Origin: Naegleria gruberi
Taxonomy: Eukaryota
Strand: one strand, 5' to 3'
DNA length: 64,000 nt
Assembly (NCBI GenBank): GCA_000004985.1
Contig: GG738879.1
Both the position numbers and the translations under genes were made by a program. This document shows, piece after piece, positions 48,409 through 59,367 of this stretch; the first letter of the stretch is position 1, and the number at the start of each line of letters is the position of its first letter. Under the pieces are notes generated by a model that was not told where the DNA came from, made no database searches, and worked only from the letters and a program-made list of their open reading frames with translations.

Positions 48409-49226
48409 TTGGATGCTGTAACTTCATTACCAATAGGATTGTATGGAATTATTGTTGGAGCCATTAATACACCGAATGAGGATGAAGAAATTGATAATTG
48501 TAATCATGGATTGTTGTTGAATATTTTGATTGCTTTGGGATTTATGGATTTGGTTAGTTTAACATTATATTTAATAATATTTACAATAATAATAATAATT
48601 AATTGATTGAATATATTAAATAGATTGGATCAGTACTTTCTCTGATATTTGGATCGATAATGGCAATTTTGACTTTTAATATTTTCACTGATGACAAGTA
48701 TGATGAAAATTCGGAAAGTGTTAGATATTATGGAGAATTTGATCAAGCTCATGCTGAAAATACTGAAGAAATCGACGATCATGCCAGAACCACTTTGGAA
48801 ATATTCAAAAATGATGACAAGACAGTTGCCAAATTCCATAACGCAACAATCTATGTTACTCTCACAAGAATTCTCTTTGGAACAGTCTTCTTTTTCCTCT
48901 CAATTGTTGGCTCCAATATGATTTTCGGTATGAACTCTTCCTGTAAAAACGATAATCCATTCCTCTATGAAATGTCTGCCACCTACATGATTGTTCGATG
49001 GGTAGTATTCATCTTCTCCTTCCTCTTATTTATTCCACTCTCTGTTCTTTTCTGTAGGCACATTCTCTCTTCCTCCTCATCAAAGTTAGTTAAATTTGTA
49101 AAGAACGCAACGAGTGATTGTTTCTCCATGATGATTAGTTCCATTTCGAACTTGATAGCAAAGTTGAAAGGTAATAATTCAGCACATCAACAAGCAGTTG
49201 ATCAACACTACGACGATAATTTATAA
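48409..49226 (+). CDS. Multi-pass membrane protein of unknown function. join(48409..48552,48624..49226). The 5' end may lie further upstream, as the ORF starts at TTG.
   Basis: GTTAGT..AAATAG intron (71 nt, phase 0) joins ...ALGFMDL|IGSVLSLIFGSIMAILTF. Several hydrophobic helices. Confidence 0.5.
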
Positions 49227-49624
49227 ATCCCACTAGTAGTAGAAAAGCGATGATCTGTTTATTAACCAACTTTTCATAACAAACCATCATGAAAAACCGT
49301 TTGAAAATGTCAAATAAGGGAAGCCTTTTGTTGACAGAATATTGGCTTGATATGAGGCAACCAATAAAATTGCCAATCAGCAAGCATAAGGTGACTCATG
49401 CCTTGTTCTTTGTCAATCAACGACTTGAACAAATTTCATAAAAAAAAATCCATTGACGGTTGACGTTGCATCACTTGTTGACTCTTCACACATAATCCCC
49501 TGCCCCAAAAACTGTTGTGTTCTCTCTACTACCACATCATTCCATTCGAAACAACAACAAATTATTGTACTCTACCAATATAACAAACGAATATATATTT
49601 AAAAAATAGGAATATATTACAAAA

Positions 49625-51985
49625 ATGTCTTCCAGCAATGATGAAGAACCAACAATAACAACAACCCATGTCGAAGAGCAACAATCGTCATCTAGTGATA
49701 ATTCGGATGGAAGTTCTGTTGCTGCTATTGTTGCCACTACTTCTGTTGATGCAACAATAACAACTTCTCCCGCCAATTCTATCGTAGTCGTGGAGGCCAA
49801 ACAAAAAGCCACAACACCAACTCCTTCCACACCTCAACATCCACCTCCACAACATCACTCTACACCGTCCGATTCAACATCGAGTATTGGTACACCAGTT
49901 ATTACATCGGCTGTGATTGAATCTGATGATGGCTTGTGGGTAACTGTCTATGATCCAACAACAAAGAGAAATTACTATCATAACAAGACTACCAATGAAA
50001 CAACATGGAGTTTACCTATGAATCTTTCGTCACCTAATTTGGGTGCACATTTACGTAGTCAGAGTAGTATTGGTGAAGAAATTCAAAGAGTTGTTAGTAC
50101 TAGTACACCAAGTGCTACTCCTAAAACTCCTGGAGGAAATCATGAGGCTTTGGTTCCTCAATCTGAAAAGGTTGACCGTACACGTCATTCAGGTGGACAT
50201 CAACGTAGTTTATCTCAAGATGGCACTGTATCTAATTTAAAGAGCCGAGTTTCACATTTACACTCTATTCCTATCAATGTTAAAAAGGAACTTGATAATA
50301 ATGATCCACCAATTATTGCCATGTCAATGGATGACCGTTCAGGATTATTTACCAGATCTCAGGCTAATAGTGATGATGAGGAAACACCAATTACTATTGA
50401 AGAAAATCCAACACCAAGACAATTGGATCATGGTCAAATTGTTTTTGCAACCACTCCAAATGTTGTTGCTGAACCACCTAAAACAACTCCAGTAACTACA
50501 CCTTCTGCTTCTAACGAAGGAGAATTAGAGGATGGATGGGAAGCTACAATTGACCCATCTACTGGACGTACTTACTATTTCCATAGACAAACTCAAAAAT
50601 CTTCTTGGGATAGACCTGTCAAAAAATCAGGAGCTTCTGTAGCTACAGTCTCTACTGCAACAGTTTCTACCCCTGTTGCTGCAGCTTCTACAACAATTTC
50701 CACACCAAGTGAATCACACGAACCAGAATCTGATTTGCTTCCTAGAATTGCACCAGGAGATCATACCTTGCTCAAATACGGAAAGGCCAATTTCCAAAAA
50801 ATCAAGAAGGGTTTCTTCAAAACCTCAGTTAAGGTTGAAAAGTTGATTGAATTTTCAAAGGATAGATTAAATCAAACATTGCATCCAATCAAATTGGAGC
50901 AACATCAAGAAAAGGCTCTCAGATGTTTCGAACTTATTCAATTATTTATGGGAGATAGAAATTTGGAAAAGTGTTCTCCAACAGTCAAACAAATTGTCAA
51001 GTCTGGTACCAATGTTCATGATTTCTTCCTCTCTAAGGAAATTCTCCAAATTGCCCTTCTCAACGTTCCAATCAGAAATGAAATTGTAATCTACTTGTGC
51101 AAACAAACCAATAATCATGCCAAGATTGAAAATGCTCTTAAAGGTGTACAATTACTTGGTTTGATGCTCTCTGCATTCCCTCCAACTACATATGATTTGC
51201 AAGAGGCTGTATTATATTATTTACAAAAAACACTCGTTACCCACCCAAAAATTGGTCGTGATGATCGTATCAGACAATTCTCACTCCTCTGTGAAAAACA
51301 CTTAAGAAGATCTTGTGTAACAGGTCCAAGAAAAACTCTTCCATCAGATAATGAAATCAAGAACATGTCTAATCCAAATCCACCAGAACCAATTTTCGGT
51401 GTTTCAATTTCAGAATATTGGAGATGGCAAAAGGACAAGTTCCCTAATGGGGACCAAGCCAAACCATTTATTCTTAACTTGTTGAGTGAAGCCCTTAAAA
51501 AGACTAATTTATATACTGTAGAAGGTATTTTCAGATTGCCTGGTGATGTTTCTCGTGTTGAAGGTCTTAAAGAAAAGCTCTGTAAATCCAACTTTGAAAT
51601 TAACGAGAAGGATCCTCATGTATGTGCCTCCTTGTTCAAATTATGGTTGCGTGAATTGGCAGACCCTCTCATTCCTCATCGCCTCTATGAACATTGTGTC
51701 TCTGTTGCCAATGATGAAAAGCAATCAGCAGCTGTTTTAGATCAGTTACCAGCTGGTAATAGAGCTATCTTGGTATTTGTTTTGGACTTTTTATCTGACA
51801 TGCTTCCTCATTCAAAGAAGACTATGATGACAAGCGAAAACTTGGCTGTTGTTTTCTGTCCAAACATTTTAAGATCACAATCATCAGATCCAATGGCTAT
51901 CATGAGAAATGCTGCCTCAGAAAAACAATTCGTTCGTAATCTCATTCTCCACTGTGCTCACCAAAAGGGTATTGCAGAGAAATAA
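49625..51985 (+). CDS. RhoGAP with two WW domains and a MyTH4-like domain (ARHGAP39/Vilse-like architecture).
   Basis: WW 1 is GLWVTVYDPTTKRNYYHNKTTNETTWSLP; WW 2 is GWEATIDPSTGRTYYFHRQTQKSSWDRP. RhoGAP motifs GIFRLPG, LFKLWLRELADPLIP and NLAVVFCPNILR. Single 786-aa ORF from an ATG. Confidence 0.75.
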   Translation: MSSSNDEEPTITTTHVEEQQSSSSDNSDGSSVAAIVATTSVDATITTSPANSIVVVEAKQKATTPTPSTPQHPPPQHHSTPSDSTSSIGTPVITSAVIESDDGLWVTVYDPTTKRNYYHNKTTNETTWSLPMNLSSPNLGAHLRSQSSIGEEIQRVVSTSTPSATPKTPGGNHEALVPQSEKVDRTRHSGGHQRSLSQDGTVSNLKSRVSHLHSIPINVKKELDNNDPPIIAMSMDDRSGLFTRSQANSDDEETPITIEENPTPRQLDHGQIVFATTPNVVAEPPKTTPVTTPSASNEGELEDGWEATIDPSTGRTYYFHRQTQKSSWDRPVKKSGASVATVSTATVSTPVAAASTTISTPSESHEPESDLLPRIAPGDHTLLKYGKANFQKIKKGFFKTSVKVEKLIEFSKDRLNQTLHPIKLEQHQEKALRCFELIQLFMGDRNLEKCSPTVKQIVKSGTNVHDFFLSKEILQIALLNVPIRNEIVIYLCKQTNNHAKIENALKGVQLLGLMLSAFPPTTYDLQEAVLYYLQKTLVTHPKIGRDDRIRQFSLLCEKHLRRSCVTGPRKTLPSDNEIKNMSNPNPPEPIFGVSISEYWRWQKDKFPNGDQAKPFILNLLSEALKKTNLYTVEGIFRLPGDVSRVEGLKEKLCKSNFEINEKDPHVCASLFKLWLRELADPLIPHRLYEHCVSVANDEKQSAAVLDQLPAGNRAILVFVLDFLSDMLPHSKKTMMTSENLAVVFCPNILRSQSSDPMAIMRNAASEKQFVRNLILHCAHQKGIAEK

Positions 51986-52119
51986 ACAATTAAATAATAT
52001 TATGATTTCTCATTTAATTACGAATGATTGGAAAAGATTTGGAAATGGGAACTTACAAATGTTAAATGAAGTCAGCGAAAGCAATGAAAAGAAAGAATTG
52101 TTTTCATTGCCTTCGCTGA

Positions 52120-52752
52120 ATGGGCAATGAACTTAAATACTACTTTCGAACAAAGCAAACACAAACAACATTTAAAAAAATGAATCATCCAATCATCCAC
52201 CTCACTATCAAGAAGCCAAATAACCAAAACTGGAACACTACAAAACTCTACGATCCACTCTTATTAAAATCTTTGGAATCTTTCAGGGAATTAACTGTTA
52301 GTGAATTTTATAGAGAACAGGTTGGTCAATCAAATGATTGTACTCTTGTGGTTAAGGTAAAGATGGAAGATGGTAATTATCAAACATTGAATGATGAATT
52401 GGATTGGGAGATAATTGTTAGAATTGTAAAGAATGGACAAACTTTACAATTTCAAGTGAAATTTAAACCCTCAAAGAAAGTTCACAAAAAGCAATTGAGG
52501 GAAATTCAACAACGTTTGAAAGAATTAGAGCAAGAAGTTCAACTCTTACACTTGAAAAAGAAGCTGATCGAGTTAAATTTTGCAAAATCTGAAGAGAAGC
52601 CTCAAGATCCAAGAGATAAACTATTGGAAAGCATCAGAATTGGAAAGGAACTCAAGGAAACTCCAACAACCACCAAAATTACAATATGTCCAAGAGAAAT
52701 TCTCTTAAATAGCATCAAGGATCATCATTTCAATAATTCAGAACAAAATTGA
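52120..52752 (+). CDS. Hypothetical protein with a C-terminal WH2-like actin-binding motif.
   Basis: RDKLLESIRIGKELKET resembles the WH2 consensus (LL..I..G..LKK). 210-aa ORF from an ATG. Confidence 0.4.
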   Translation: MGNELKYYFRTKQTQTTFKKMNHPIIHLTIKKPNNQNWNTTKLYDPLLLKSLESFRELTVSEFYREQVGQSNDCTLVVKVKMEDGNYQTLNDELDWEIIVRIVKNGQTLQFQVKFKPSKKVHKKQLREIQQRLKELEQEVQLLHLKKKLIELNFAKSEEKPQDPRDKLLESIRIGKELKETPTTTKITICPREILLNSIKDHHFNNSEQN

Positions 52753-53170
52753 AATTCCAATTATTTCCATTTATATTTGTAAGAAACTCTTTATTTGAAA
52801 TTTATTTACATGAAAGTAACTTTTTATTTGATTGAAGTTTCAATTTCGAATTGATAAGAAAAAGAGAAACCAAAATTTGCATCAAGCTATTCAACATGTC
52901 AAATGTTCAATAAATATGAAGGTTCAACCTTATCATTATTTTCAACAAAACCTTACTGAACCAACAAGATTCTGTCTTCGTTGCCTTCACTGTTCATACA
53001 GTCAAAGACTGTAGCGGGATTGTCGCCATATTCCTGGCAGGCTTCCCGTCCAAATTTAATAATTGAATATGTTCATTAAACTAAACGAAATCAACTAATG
53101 TAATAATTGAATATTTCATAATTAAGATATCGAATTACTACTGTTGATTATACTATTTTTGAGGTTGTGG

Positions 53171-53277
53171 ATGGCTACGGCCATATCACGATGAATGCAC
53201 CTCATCCCGTCCGATTTGAGAAGTCCACATCAGTACTGTGGTTGGAGACAACTTGGGAACCTGTGGTGCTGTAGTCT
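53171..53277 (+). rRNA. 5S rRNA-like gene, ~107-110 nt, shorter than canonical; possibly a deleted or pseudogene copy.
   Basis: GGCTACGGCCATATCAC...CATCCCGTCCGATTTGAGAAGT...AGTACTGTGGTTGGAGACAAC...GGTGCTGTAGTC followed by TTTT. Closely resembles 5S rRNA (helix I ends pair; loop A/helix IV conserved) but lacks ~15-20 nt of the helix III region. Confidence 0.55.
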
Positions 53278-53363
53278 TTTTATTTCTTTTCACTCATTAC
53301 CTGTTGTTTGTTCGTAAAGATAATTCTCGATAATCATTTAATTTACATTTCTTTTTAATTGAC

Positions 53364-54800
53364 TCAGAATCTTCTCAAATGATTCACAAAGTTTAGTGCT
53401 CTTTCATGGCCTTGATCAGCAGCTAAAAAGATATATTCGAATGCCTTATTGACATCTTTTTCAACTCCAAGACCTTGAAGTAACATTGTACCAACTGAAT
53501 ATTGAGCATCACTATATCCATGTTTTGCTGACATTTCAAGATATTTGAATGCCAATGGATAATCTTGATTACATCCATCTCCATAATAATACGAAGAGCC
53601 AACATAGTATTTGGCCATTTCGTGTCCATTTGTGGCAGCTTTCAAATACCAGTCGAATGCAATATTCTTATCCATTTTCACACCTACTCCAGTGTAGTAG
53701 GCATGTGCTAGATTGTACTGAGAGGCTGGTTCTTTGTTCTGAGCTTTCAAATACCATTTGACTCCTTCTTCTGGATTCTTCTCCACTCCAATGCCATTGC
53801 AATATGCGTATCCAACTTTGTGTTGTCCCATACCGTGTCCAAGATTGGCAGCTCTTAATTGACACTTGAAAGTTTCCTCAAGATTTTCACTCAATCCAAA
53901 ATTTCCCATATAAGCATATCCAAGATTAAAAATTGAGCTAGCATCTCCAAATTCTGCTCCCATTCTCAAATATTTAACCATTTCAGTATAATTTTTCTTC
54001 TTATCATTCTTTCCATACAAGTAGGAAATGCTTTTTATCATTCCAAGTTCAGCAGCTTTGTTGTAATAGTACAAACTCTTCTCTTTATCAACTTGCACTT
54101 CAATTCCCTCTCTGTAATAATATCCAAGAGCGAAGAGAGATTCTGGATCGTCAAATTCAGCAGCTTTTCTGAAATATTCTAAAGATTTCTTCTTGTCAAC
54201 CTCCAAAGATCCCTCTCCAAACGAATACATATCTCCAAGATTTCTCATTGCATAAATATTCCCCTTCTCAGCAGCAATTTCATAAGATCTGAAAGCTTGA
54301 TCAGGATTTTTCGTCAAAACTAAATCAGCCAGCAACACCAATGTATCCGAATGTGTTAAAAATTGTGAAAACCAGTCGAGTATTTGCTTTTTAGTTTGGA
54401 AAATAACAGAAACTGTTATTGAATCTCCACAAATCATTGAAGATGAAAATTCTGTATATTCACCCTCCTCACCCAAACTCTGCAATATGTGATAAACCTT
54501 TTCATAATTAGTTTTAATTCCACCAATTCCTCTCGAATAGCATAGAATGGCCAATGTTTTTCCAATGGGATTGGACATTAATTCATCATCTAAAAGATAG
54601 TCAACTAATTGGACTGATTGTTTGCCGTGAATGGAGGTTTGTTCGATTTGATGATACCACTCGATGCATTTACTTTCGATTTGATCATCAAAACCTGTGA
54701 AGAGGGAGGTGTGTGATGGACAGGTTGATTCTTCCAGTTCAGACATTTTTTTTTGTGTAATTTCGAAATTGAAATTCGATGAAAATGTTGTTGTTGGCAA
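53364..54800 (-). CDS. Sel1-like/TPR-like repeat protein (478 aa).
   Basis: At least eight Sel1-type repeats (A..G...A...LG..Y..G.GV..D..KA..W..KAA). Confidence 0.65.
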   Translation of the reverse strand: MPTTTFSSNFNFEITQKKMSELEESTCPSHTSLFTGFDDQIESKCIEWYHQIEQTSIHGKQSVQLVDYLLDDELMSNPIGKTLAILCYSRGIGGIKTNYEKVYHILQSLGEEGEYTEFSSSMICGDSITVSVIFQTKKQILDWFSQFLTHSDTLVLLADLVLTKNPDQAFRSYEIAAEKGNIYAMRNLGDMYSFGEGSLEVDKKKSLEYFRKAAEFDDPESLFALGYYYREGIEVQVDKEKSLYYYNKAAELGMIKSISYLYGKNDKKKNYTEMVKYLRMGAEFGDASSIFNLGYAYMGNFGLSENLEETFKCQLRAANLGHGMGQHKVGYAYCNGIGVEKNPEEGVKWYLKAQNKEPASQYNLAHAYYTGVGVKMDKNIAFDWYLKAATNGHEMAKYYVGSSYYYGDGCNQDYPLAFKYLEMSAKHGYSDAQYSVGTMLLQGLGVEKDVNKAFEYIFLAADQGHERALNFVNHLRRF

Positions 54801-54935
54801 TCTACTCAGGTTGTGAGGAGGCCATTGGATTTTGTTTTGTAAAAGGACTCAACATGGCGAATGTTCAAACTTGAGACACGTATATTTTAATGAAATAGAA
54901 ATAAGATATTAAGGAGATTTTGACAATGAATGTAA

Positions 54936-55009
54936 GCAGCGATAGATCAGTTGGTTAGATCGTAAGCCTAACACGCTTAAGGTCGCGGGTTCAAGCCCCG
55001 CTCGCTGTA
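54936..55009 (+). tRNA. tRNA-Val (anticodon AAC), copy 2, identical to copy 1.
   Basis: Same 74-nt sequence as 42635..42708. Confidence 0.85.
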
Positions 55010-55049
55010 TCCTTTTAGTGACATAAAACTCAACACACTCTTTTTTCTT

Positions 55050-55093
55050 TTATTGAGATTGACATTTAGCATCGATCTAAGGTTGAGCTTAAA
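55050..55093 (+). promoter_or_regulatory. Conserved tRNA-downstream external-B-box-like element, copy 2.
   Basis: Identical 44-45-nt block to 42729..42773. A partial third copy (cttattgaaattgacatg) lies at ~55141. Confidence 0.5.
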
Positions 55094-55170
55094 GGTTGTA
55101 CCCTTTTTTATTTACTATCTTTATGAACTTACCACTTATTCTTTTGTCCTTATTGAAATTGACATGTTAT

Positions 55171-56157
55171 TTACATTAATGTACACTTTTTATGTTTATG
55201 ATACTCTTCATTGTCCTTAATGTACTTTTTCAAATCTTCAATACTTCTCTTTGGGGTGAAATGTAAATTTGCCGTGTCTCTGAAAAGTGTGTCAACATTA
55301 ATATTATTAATTGCACTTGTTTTTACAATATTGCCATAGCTGACCTGATACTTTTCAATCAATTCGTTCAATATTTTCAAAGCTTCATCTTCCTGATATT
55401 TGTCATTTAATTTGTCAATCTTATTGAGAGTGAATATTATTGGAAACATTTTCAAATCTACATTTCCTTCCATCAGATCCTTCAAATAATTTTCAATATT
55501 TCTAACAGATTCCAAATTATTGATATCACTCATTATTATGAAACATTGGGCTGATTTAAATGCCATTTGTCTAATAGCTTTATAATCATCACCTCCAGCT
55601 TTTCATCCACATTACATCAATCAACTTCCAATATACTTACCCATATAGAGAATATTCAATACAACATTAGCTCCATAGAGATTAATATCCTTTCTAAAAG
55701 AATCCTCAATCCTAGGATAATATTGAGGAAAATGACCATCCACAAATTGATAAATCAATGCTTTTCTTCCACTATCCCCATCACCACAAACAATAATTGT
55801 CATTTCATGATTTTCCTCTTTCTGGTGATGATGTTTATGATGATTATCATTATTAAGGCACATTTTCCTTCCAGAAGAATGAAACAACATCAATGCACAT
55901 CTCCGTAACATATTCTTTTCAATTAATTCTTGTTTAAAATCCAATAATTGCTCACTCTCATACAACATTCCCGAAATTCTCTTAATATTATTCCACCAAA
56001 ATGGTTCAAAATAATTGGAAATTTGATTGGATCGATATGTAGTAGCACATATTGTTTGTAAGGAAAGAACATCCCTCATTATTTGCTCATGTTCCTTCCC
56101 ATCCAACTTTACATATCGGAAAATGAGCAATAGAATTTCTGAAGGCAATTGATGCAT
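55171..56157 (-). CDS. F-box-like N-terminus fused to a Ras-family GTPase-like domain with a degenerate P-loop and shortened switch II, ending in a CAAX box. complement(join(55171..~55577,~55641..56157)); an alternative splice pair 55570/55637 is equally in frame.
   Basis: N-terminal LPSEILLLIFRYV is F-box-like. The Ras core reads IIVCGDGDSGRKALIYQF (P-loop with K to R and S to K), YPRIEDSFRK (switch I), LNILYMG, FTLNKIDK (G4), TSAIN (G5) and a C-terminal CTLM. A GTAAGT donor lies right after YMG. Confidence 0.65.
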
Positions 56158-56477
56158 TTTTTTATGAAGGAATTATAAGTTTCATTGGATTTACAAATCA
56201 TCATCAAGCATTAAGGATGAACTAAATTTTGAATTGGTTTGATTACAAAATAATTATGATATTCTTTGATTTTCTTACAAGATCAAAGATTGTCTCATCT
56301 ATAAATAAAATAATCAATATCCTTCTTCTCCTACAAATTTGATTTTGAATTTCAAGGTCTGAATTTACCAACTATCACACAATACTAATCCATGCCACTT
56401 CAACTTTGTAAATCAATTTCCTTAAATGTATTTAGAGCCCGCCACGTAGTACATTCAATTCTCCATCCAGAAAAAAA

Positions 56478-58331
56478 ATGCTCAACTCATCTACAGCCAC
56501 TCGTTTTGTTGCCTCTTCCATTCAAAAGCTTAACAAAGCAGGCTATTCTGCTTCTGTTGCTTCACACCAAGCGCTCACCACCACCATCATGATACAACAA
56601 CAATCGGGAAGGGAATTGGGAAGAAATTTTACAACAACACTTTGTAATACAAATCCTAATACAACACCTGCTGCTAATACTACTACTGCTGCTAATACTA
56701 TTAATGGTGAACAAGGAAAGTGTCCTTATCATCACGATCAAAAGGTGAATCAGCCAGTAAAATCGTGGTCTGAAGTTCCTGGACCAAAGGGATATCCAAT
56801 TGTTGGTAATGCTATGGATTTTCAAAAGAATGCTTCAAATCTTTCAGATTTTCTCATGTCCTTGTGTAATGAATATGGAGACATGGTTAAATTGAATGTT
56901 TTCAAGTTTAAAATGCTGGTTCTTGCCAATCCATACCTTTTGGCTGATATGTTTAAAAGGGAGGAAAAAAGATCAAATCTTGACAGTTTCAGATATTACA
57001 AACTCCAGAGAAATCAAATTCTCACTCCTGTTGAAATGAAATTTGAAGAAGATTGGAATTCAATGCGTCAACTTTACAACATTGCCATGAAGCCAGAATT
57101 CCAAGAAACTGTTACCATTCCCCAATTATCTGAATTGAATGGAGAATTTATCAGAAGATTGATAAATAATTTGCAATCTGTTCCAGAAAGTGAAATGTAC
57201 AAATATGTAAATAGCTCTGACACAAATTCTAGATATGCCTTTGATGTTGTAATGAAAGTTTTCCTTGTAAGTTGTCAATTAGTTCACAAATTTCAAACAA
57301 TTTATTTAGGGTGTGAAAATTACAGATGAATTAGCAAGCTCTCTTCCATTTGACATTCGTGAATTTGTAAATTATTCAGTTAAAGCTACTGATGCTGCTG
57401 TTCGTTTAGATTCTAAATTTCCAATGTATAAATATTTCAAAACCAAAGAGTATGAAAGCTTTGAAAAATTGATGGATAAATCAACAGAATATGCAAAATA
57501 TTGCATTCAAAGATTCAAAACAAATCCATCACAAAATCCAAGATTATTAGAATTGATGCAAGAAAGAGCTAAAGAGCTTGATAGACCAGATGAGAGAATT
57601 GAAAGTGTATTGATACAATTTTTACAAGCTGGTGTTGATGTTACTGTCAAAATGTTGAACCATTGTTATCATAGATTAGCTCATCATCCTGAACTTCAAC
57701 AGAAGATTTATGAGGAATCAGTTGCAGTATTTGGAGAACCATCTATGGAAGAATTGACATCTGAAAATGGCCTTTCTCTTACTATGGAACAATACAAACA
57801 ACTCAAATATACCAGAATCTTTATTGAAGAGGTTTTGAGATTGGATTTATTCACTCACCTCGCCAGTGGAAGACAATTGACTCAGGATACTGAAATTGGA
57901 GGATACATGATTCCTAAGGATACATTAATTCTTGTACAACAAAAATGGGCCACCCTCAAAGACGAATACGTACCTCGTGGTGCAGAATTCATTCCAGAAC
58001 GTCATGAGAAAGGATCTCCTCTTGCTCCTGTTAATAATTATGTTTCAATGCCGTAAGTGTTTGAGTGTTACTAAAATATTCTTATTATTTGAATAGATTT
58101 GGAGTTGGAGCTCGTAGATGTCCTGGAGCTCGTATAGCAACTACTGAAATTCATTTGGGAATCATCAATGCTGTTAGACATTTCGTACTATCAAACAATA
58201 ATTTACCAAATTTCCCTCCATTCTCTCATGATGCTGCCTTACTTTTCATTGATTCTGACAAGTATCCACTTTATTTCACACCAAGAAGAGATCAAGTTAA
58301 GGACTTTGTTGAAAAGAAGGAAAAGAAATAA
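56478..58331 (+). CDS. Mitochondrial-type cytochrome P450. join(56478..57266,57310..58052,58097..58331), ~588 aa.
   Basis: Presequence-like N-terminus, then KCPYHH...VPGPKGYPIVGN, EEVLRLD (ExxR) and the heme loop FGVGARRCPGARIA. Two GTAAGT introns (43 and 44 nt) in phases 0 and 2 join three track ORFs into one frame. Confidence 0.8.
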
Positions 58332-58380
58332 TTTGTTTCATTTCGTATTGAATCATTATTAAATATTGATTGTGAAAGGA

Positions 58381-59280
58381 CTACTCTTTTTGAACTTTTC
58401 TTAATCCCCCTAATCCTCCTTTAAGCATGGATGGACTGAGCATATTTCCCATTCTCATCGTTGATGGCTTGCTGTCAGTTGTTCCACTATTTGGTAGATT
58501 TGATTTTGAGATGTTTCTCTTTTCAATTTTTGAAATTACAATGCTGAGAATAATTAATTCCAAAAGTGAAAGTTTCTTATTCTCGAATACAGAATCATTA
58601 CTTGCATTCCTATAGTTCGATACTGGTTGACAGACATTTTCGAGTGCTGTATTCATCCAATCCTCCTTTAACATTAAATCTAATTGTATCAATGAAGACA
58701 TGTGATGATCTTCATTCTCATAGGATAATAGTACAATCTTATTATTTGGGAATGCCTTGATAAATTCCATAATTGGTCGAGGAACAGTCTTTTCTTCATA
58801 TCCATAGGCAAATATCATTGCAGTCGAGCAGGAATTTAAATCCATCATTGAAGGAACAATCAAGGCACTTATTAAAACACAAGGTCCATTCCATATCAAA
58901 TCCTTCATGAGTTTTCCAATGTACTTTCCTCCACGACTCGAACATAACAGAATATCTGGTTGATATTCTTTTATGGTCTTCTCAATCAGAGTAATACTAT
59001 TCATAAACGATTCATCCTCTTCATAATCATCATTCGATGAAGTTGGTTCCGAAACCGTAACAATTTTCATATCAAGTGCTGCGAATAATTCATCATTAAC
59101 TTCATTTGAATTATTTTCTAATAATATTGATCGGAATGAATTTAAATTTATTTCCTCCACCACCAATGATCGCCTATCCTTGTAGTATTTCAATAGGTGT
59201 TGTTTGAAAGAAAATCCAAGTCCCTTATCCAAGCATAATATTTTCATTTTTTTTTTTGATCTTTGTGTTCTCAGTTCCAT
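58381..59280 (-). CDS. Hypothetical protein (299 aa).
   Basis: Single ORF from an ATG; no recognisable domain. Confidence 0.45.
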   Translation of the reverse strand: MELRTQRSKKKMKILCLDKGLGFSFKQHLLKYYKDRRSLVVEEINLNSFRSILLENNSNEVNDELFAALDMKIVTVSEPTSSNDDYEEDESFMNSITLIEKTIKEYQPDILLCSSRGGKYIGKLMKDLIWNGPCVLISALIVPSMMDLNSCSTAMIFAYGYEEKTVPRPIMEFIKAFPNNKIVLLSYENEDHHMSSLIQLDLMLKEDWMNTALENVCQPVSNYRNASNDSVFENKKLSLLELIILSIVISKIEKRNISKSNLPNSGTTDSKPSTMRMGNMLSPSMLKGGLGGLRKVQKE

Positions 59281-59367
59281 GACTTCTCATTTCCAATAGT
59301 TAAATGAACTTTGAGAATGAACATTATGAAGTTGTCTGTGTTAAGTTTTTACATAATTTTATTTCAA

